Below, one piece after another: positions 59,518 to 64,000 of a stretch of DNA of 64,000 nt (position 1 is its first letter; every line of letters begins with the position of its first letter). The notes beneath the pieces were generated by a model. It was given only the letters and a program-made list of their open reading frames with translations. It ran no database searches and was not told where the DNA came from. Made by a program: the position numbers and the translations under genes. Origin of the DNA: Thalassovita sp. Its GTDB lineage: Bacteria > Pseudomonadota > Alphaproteobacteria > Rhodobacterales > Rhodobacteraceae. The stretch is taken from NCBI RefSeq assembly GCF_017792425.1, contig NZ_CP051233.1, one strand, 5' to 3'.

Positions 59518-60465
59518 ATGTGGCTGCAGCACGCCGACAGAGTTCTGGAACAGGCTCATTCTACCCGCGCCGCGGCAACGTCCCGGCTGGCGGCATCCTG
59601 GCGGCGTTCGGCCGTCACCTATGGGCTGGACCCACGTAACAATTGCGCACCGGACAGGCTGGAAGCCGCGAAAATCCGACAAAAGCGCGATGCTATGGGC
59701 GCGTTTCTGGCGCTTGCCAATCCGCAATTGGATCAACTGTTCCGCATGGTCGGGGCCACTGGCAGTTGCGTGCTGCTGACCGATGCTGATGGTGTGGTGC
59801 TGGAGGAACGCTGCGCAGACAGTGACCGCCATGTCTTTCAGAGATGGGGCCTCTGGTCCGGCGCAGTCTGGAGTGAGCAGGCAGAAGGCACCAACGGCAT
59901 CGGCACCTGCCTTGCGGAAAAGCGGCAGGTGGTCATCCACAAGGACGAACATTTCCTCAGCCGCAACACCGGCATGAGCTGCATGGACGCCCCCATCTTT
60001 GGCGCAAACGGTGAGGTACTGGCCGCGCTGGATGTGTCCTCTTGCAGGGCAGACCAGACAGAGGGGCTAACGCGCTTGATCGCCTCTGCCGTGGCCCAGA
60101 CCGCCCGGCAAATCGAAACAGCCCATTTCCGCGCCAGCTTTGCCGGGGCGCGCTTTGTGGATGTGGGCGCTGACCGTCCGGACGAAACGATGTTGCTGGC
60201 CGTGGACAGCGATGACCTGGTTGTCGGGGCCACCCGCGCCGCGCGGCGCAAGCTTGGGTTGGGAACGGACAGTTTTACCAACCCGCGCCCAACCCCGGAC
60301 GTCCTGGGCCTTTCGGATGAATCAGCCGGTCTGGATCAGGCCGAGCGCGCCGCCCTGCGACGTGCCCTTGCCCGATCCGGTGGCAACGCCAGCGCCGCCG
60401 CCCGCGAATTGGGAATCGGCCGCGCCACCCTGTACCGCCGGATGAAGCGGCTGGGGCTGGGCTGA
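59518..60465 (+). CDS. GAF-domain/Fis-HTH regulator (AcoR-like, no AAA+ domain)
   Basis: SWRRS, WSEQAEGTNGIGT, C-terminal GNASAAARELGIGRATLYRR. Confidence 0.88.
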   Translation: MWLQHADRVLEQAHSTRAAATSRLAASWRRSAVTYGLDPRNNCAPDRLEAAKIRQKRDAMGAFLALANPQLDQLFRMVGATGSCVLLTDADGVVLEERCADSDRHVFQRWGLWSGAVWSEQAEGTNGIGTCLAEKRQVVIHKDEHFLSRNTGMSCMDAPIFGANGEVLAALDVSSCRADQTEGLTRLIASAVAQTARQIETAHFRASFAGARFVDVGADRPDETMLLAVDSDDLVVGATRAARRKLGLGTDSFTNPRPTPDVLGLSDESAGLDQAERAALRRALARSGGNASAAARELGIGRATLYRRMKRLGLG

Positions 60466-60478
60466 TAAACCCTCGATG

Positions 60479-60496
60479 TGTCTCAGTCCTGAGACA
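60479..60496. promoter_or_regulatory. Palindromic operator upstream of aldehyde dehydrogenase
   Basis: TGTCTCAG-TC-CTGAGACA. Confidence 0.75.
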
Positions 60497-60598
60497 ATCT
60501 GCGCCCGACCACCACCTTGGTAGGACTGCATCCAGCCCGTTTTTACGGAAGGCTCTGCCCAGTCGCCGGACATCCCGGCCCCAAGGAGGAGACATCCA

Positions 60599-62122
60599 AT
60601 GAATGAAATGACCAACCCCGCATCGGTTCAATACGCATCGCCGTTCAAGGCCCGCTATGACAACTTCATCGGCGGCAAATTCGTGGCCCCGGTGAAGGGC
60701 CAATATTTTGACAACATCACCCCGATCACCGGCGCAAAGGTCTGCGAAGTCGCGCGTTCCACCGCCGAAGACGTTGAACTGGCACTGGACGCGGCCCACG
60801 CTGCCAAGGACGCCTGGGGCAAGACCTCGGCTGCAGAGAGGTCCAACCTCCTGCTGAAGATCGCCGACCGGATCGAAGAAAACCTGGAACTGATCGCCAC
60901 AGCCGAAACCTGGGACAACGGCAAGCCGATCCGCGAAACCATGGCTGCCGACATTCCGCTGTCGGTTGACCATTTCCGCTATTTCGCCGGCGTCCTGCGC
61001 GCACAAGAAGGCAACATGTCGGAAATCGACCACGACACCGTCGCCTACCATTTCCACGAACCGCTGGGCGTTGTCGGCCAGATCATCCCGTGGAACTTCT
61101 CGGTTCTGATGGCGGCGTGGAAACTGGCCCCCGCGCTGGCCGCCGGTAACTGCATCGTGCTGAAGCCGGCAGAACAGACCCCGGCCGCGATCATGGTTCT
61201 GGCCGAAGTCATCGCCGACCTGCTGCCCGCCGGTGTCCTGAACATCGTCAACGGCATGGGCCCCGACGTCGGCGGCCCGCTGGCCAAATCGCCGCGCATC
61301 GCCAAGATCGCCTTTACCGGTTCCACGGAAACCGGCCGCATCATCATGCAGGCCGCGACCGAAAACCTGATCCCCGTCACGCTGGAACTGGGTGGCAAAT
61401 CGCCGAACATCTTCTTCTCGGACGTGATGGCCGAAGATGACGCCTTTCTGGACAAGGCCGTCGAAGGCTTCGTTCTGTTCGCCTTCAACCAGGGCGAGGT
61501 CTGCACCTGCCCGTCGCGCGCGCTGATCCAAGAAGACATCTACGAAGAGTTCATCAAGCGGTGTATCGCTCGCGTCGAGGCGATCGTCCAGGGCGACCCG
61601 CGTGACATCAACACCATGGTGGGCGCGCAGGCATCGCAGGAACAGCAGGACAAGATCCTGTCCTACCTGACCATCGGTGTCGAAGAAGGTGCCGAAGTGC
61701 TGACCGGCGGCGATGCGGCCCGTTTCAACGGCGATATCGCCAACGGATTCTACGTGCAGCCGACCATCCTGAAGGGCCACAACAAGATGCGCGTGTTCCA
61801 AGAGGAAATCTTTGGCCCGGTCGTGTCCGTGACCACCTTCAAGACCGAAGAAGAGGCCCTGCAGATTGCCAATGACACCATGTACGGCCTTGGTGCCGGT
61901 GTCTGGACGCGTGACGGCACCCGCGCCTATCGCTTTGGCCGCAACATCGAAGCGGGCCGTGTCTGGGTGAACAACTACCACGCCTATCCGGCTCACGCGG
62001 CCTTTGGCGGGTATAAGCAGTCGGGCATCGGGCGTGAAACCCACAAGATGATGCTGGACCACTACCAGCAGACCAAGAACATGCTGGTCAGCTATAACCC
62101 GAACAAACTGGGCTTCTTCTAA
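60599..62122 (+). CDS. Aldehyde dehydrogenase (AldB/ExaC type)
   Basis: [37 protein letters not shown]. Confidence 0.95.
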   Translation: MNEMTNPASVQYASPFKARYDNFIGGKFVAPVKGQYFDNITPITGAKVCEVARSTAEDVELALDAAHAAKDAWGKTSAAERSNLLLKIADRIEENLELIATAETWDNGKPIRETMAADIPLSVDHFRYFAGVLRAQEGNMSEIDHDTVAYHFHEPLGVVGQIIPWNFSVLMAAWKLAPALAAGNCIVLKPAEQTPAAIMVLAEVIADLLPAGVLNIVNGMGPDVGGPLAKSPRIAKIAFTGSTETGRIIMQAATENLIPVTLELGGKSPNIFFSDVMAEDDAFLDKAVEGFVLFAFNQGEVCTCPSRALIQEDIYEEFIKRCIARVEAIVQGDPRDINTMVGAQASQEQQDKILSYLTIGVEEGAEVLTGGDAARFNGDIANGFYVQPTILKGHNKMRVFQEEIFGPVVSVTTFKTEEEALQIANDTMYGLGAGVWTRDGTRAYRFGRNIEAGRVWVNNYHAYPAHAAFGGYKQSGIGRETHKMMLDHYQQTKNMLVSYNPNKLGFF

Positions 62123-62265
62123 GCCTGCACGGCGCCCCGCCCACCGGGACGCCCCCCTTTCCGGCCTGCGCCACCCGCGTTGTTGTCCTCCTCGCTCCAA
62201 ATCTGATGGCCGCGCGGGCGGGCAGGCCGGGATTGGGTATTATTGCCACGAATAAACAACAAAAG

Positions 62266-62296
62266 CGCCCGGTCTTTCCGCCGGGCGTTCTCTTTT
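62266..62296 (+). terminator. Intrinsic terminator about 145 nt after the aldehyde dehydrogenase stop
   Basis: CGCCCGG-N8-CCGGGCG-TTCTCTTTT. Confidence 0.7.
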
Positions 62297-62343
62297 GGGT
62301 CACTGATTTTTCTGGGACCGGCACCGAATTGACAGTGCCAGAA

Positions 62344-62377
62344 ACGACAAACCCCCGGGCAGGGCCGCGGGGGTCGT
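62344..62377 (-). terminator. Terminator-like hairpin after rpsU
   Basis: ACCCCCG...CGGGGGT then TTGTCGTTT on minus strand. Confidence 0.6.
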
Positions 62378-62403
62378 CTCAGCATTCAAGCTGTGAGGAG
62401 GTC

Positions 62404-62610
62404 TTAGAGCAGACCTTCGCGCTGTGCCTTCTTGCGTGCCAGTTTCCGGGCACGGCGAACAGCTTCAGCTTTCTCGCGCGCTTTCTTGACGGACGGTTTC
62501 TCGAAATGTTGCTTCAGCTTCATTTCACGGAACACGCCTTCGCGCTGCAGCTTTTTCTTCAGGGCACGGAGTGCCTGATCGACGTTATTGTCGCGAACGC
62601 TCACCTGCAT
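62404..62610 (-). CDS. rpsU: 30S ribosomal protein S21
   Basis: [20 protein letters not shown]...FEKPS. Confidence 0.98.
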   Translation of the reverse strand: MQVSVRDNNVDQALRALKKKLQREGVFREMKLKQHFEKPSVKKAREKAEAVRRARKLARKKAQREGLL

Positions 62611-62662
62611 GTGGTTTTCACCACCTTTCTAAGTTGAGTTGCAATGAATTGCAGGAAGTGGC

Positions 62663-62691
62663 CGTATAGCAAAGCATCCCCTATTTGTCTA
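62663..62691 (-). promoter_or_regulatory. Sigma70-type promoter of rpsU
   Basis: TAGACA-N17-TATACG. Confidence 0.65.
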
Positions 62692-62723
62692 GAGTGCCGA
62701 CAAATCGCCCGAAGGAACCTGCA

Positions 62724-63410
62724 ATGACCATGCCGAATGTGAAAGACACCTTGCTGGACGCGGCCCTAATCCATGTCGCTTTTGACGGGTGGTCGGATGA
62801 AACCTTTGCGGCGGCCATTGCGGATACCGGGATTAACCCAGTCGTGGCGCGTGCGGTGTGTCCGCGTGGGGCGGTGGATCTGGCCATCACCTACCACCAG
62901 CGCGGTGACCAGTTGATGGAACAGCGTTTCAACGCAGAAGACCTGACCGGCCTGCGTTATTCGGAAAAGGTTGCCGCGCTGGTCCGGTTCCGCATCGAAG
63001 CCGCCGACGACAAGGAAGTGGTGCGCCGGGGAACGACCCTGTTCTCCTTGCCACAATATGCCGCGGACGGGGCAAAGCTTATCTGGGGGACGTGCGATCA
63101 GATCTGGCGCCTGCTTGGAGACAGTTCTGACGACGTGAATTGGTACACGAAACGCATGACACTCAGCGGGGTCTACGGATCAACCGTGCTGTATTGGCTG
63201 GGCGACGATTCGCCCGATCACCAGGCGACATGGGAATTCCTGGACCGCCGGATTGCCGATGTGATGCGGTTTGAAAAATTCAAGGCCGATGTGCGCGGCA
63301 ACAAGGCCTTGGCGTCACTTCTAAGCGGGCCGTTATCCCTGCTGGACCGGATCAAGGCACCAGTTGGCAAACAGGACGACCTGCCGGGCCGAATGCACGG
63401 CAGCAACTGA
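62724..63410 (+). CDS. COQ9-family (rpsU-divergent) protein
   Basis: HVAFDGW, GDSSDDVNWYTKR, FLDRRI. Confidence 0.92.
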   Translation: MTMPNVKDTLLDAALIHVAFDGWSDETFAAAIADTGINPVVARAVCPRGAVDLAITYHQRGDQLMEQRFNAEDLTGLRYSEKVAALVRFRIEAADDKEVVRRGTTLFSLPQYAADGAKLIWGTCDQIWRLLGDSSDDVNWYTKRMTLSGVYGSTVLYWLGDDSPDHQATWEFLDRRIADVMRFEKFKADVRGNKALASLLSGPLSLLDRIKAPVGKQDDLPGRMHGSN

Positions 63411-63420
63411 GGAGAGCGAG

Positions 63421-64000
63421 ATGAACCAGACGATGCGGGCGGTGGAAATCACTGAACCGGGTGGGCCGGATGTCCTGAAACTGTGCGAACGGCCCCAGCC
63501 TGAACCGAAGGCCGGTCAGGTGGTGATCAAGGTGGCTTATGCCGGTGTGAATCGGCCCGACGCCCTGCAAAGGGCAGGGGCCTATGCCCCGCCTCCCACT
63601 GCCAGCGATCTGCCGGGCTTGGAAGCATCCGGGGAAATCGTCGCCCTGGGTGCCGGTGTCAGCGGCTGGCAAGTCGGCGATCAGGTCTGCGCCTTGCTTC
63701 CGGGCGGCGGCTATGCCGAATACGTGGCCACCCCCGCCGCGCACTGCCTGCCGGTCCCGCGTGGGATGGACATGAAACAGGCGGCCTGCCTGCCTGAAAC
63801 ATTCTTTACCGTATGGTCTAACGTATTCCAGCGCGGCGGGCTGAAAGCCGGGGAAAAATTCCTGATCCATGGCGGTTCTTCCGGCATCGGCACCACCGCG
63901 ATCCAACTGGCGCGGGAATTCGGTGCGCGGGTCTTCGTTACCGTCGGCAGCCAGGAAAAGGCCGCCGCCTGCGCCGCCCTGGGGGCGGAACGAACGATCG
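63421..64000 (+). CDS. NAD(P)H-quinone oxidoreductase (PIG3-like), 3' end runs off the window
   Basis: Hand translation MNQTMRAVEITEPGGPDVL...AGVNRPD...PGLE...GGGYAEY...LPETFFTVW...HGGSSGIG; GAGGAG RBS. Confidence 0.93.
   Translation, partial: MNQTMRAVEITEPGGPDVLKLCERPQPEPKAGQVVIKVAYAGVNRPDALQRAGAYAPPPTASDLPGLEASGEIVALGAGVSGWQVGDQVCALLPGGGYAEYVATPAAHCLPVPRGMDMKQAACLPETFFTVWSNVFQRGGLKAGEKFLIHGGSSGIGTTAIQLAREFGARVFVTVGSQEKAAACAALGAERTI

Noticed and set aside
59489..59779. Overlapping 96-aa ORF suggesting a frameshifted regulator
   Set aside because: The 59518 frame has its own GGAGG RBS and a complete GAF N-terminus.

Overview
GC-rich alphaproteobacterial chromosome segment whose gene content and order point to the Rhodobacteraceae/Roseobacter group. 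Left to right: a partial glycan-initiation operon and an acyl-CoA ligase; recF-dnaN-dnaA-rpsT; enoyl-CoA hydratase, mutM, ubiE-ubiB; a ~24 kb CtrA-type (fla1-like) flagellar cluster from flgD to fliP that ends at tRNA-Ala(GGC) and lacks motB/flgE/flgK/flgL/flgI/fliG/fliM; TIGR02300, M48 peptidase, GntR, accA; malyl-CoA lyase divergent from a D-glutamate block (dgcN-dgcA-D-amino acid transaminase); pyk, rpmI-rplT-pheST; GST, mscL, ald/Lrp; GMC oxidoreductase-flavodoxin-GAF/Fis regulator-aldehyde dehydrogenase; rpsU, COQ9-like and a partial quinone oxidoreductase. I saw no integrase, transposase, prophage or CRISPR array. It is mostly core genome and I cannot claim a wholly new multi-gene system. 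The best leads are non-coding or subtle: a 21-bp hairpin-linked element present twice 40 kb apart just upstream of recF and dgcA, each followed by G-skewed DNA; a flagellin leader with alternative folds; a structured anti-SD-bearing element after the aldehyde dehydrogenase; an AcoR-like regulator without its AAA+ domain next to a palindrome; and a D-amino-acid neighbourhood with a one-cysteine racemase-like protein and a candidate deacylase. All product calls come from motif recognition by eye, not database searches.
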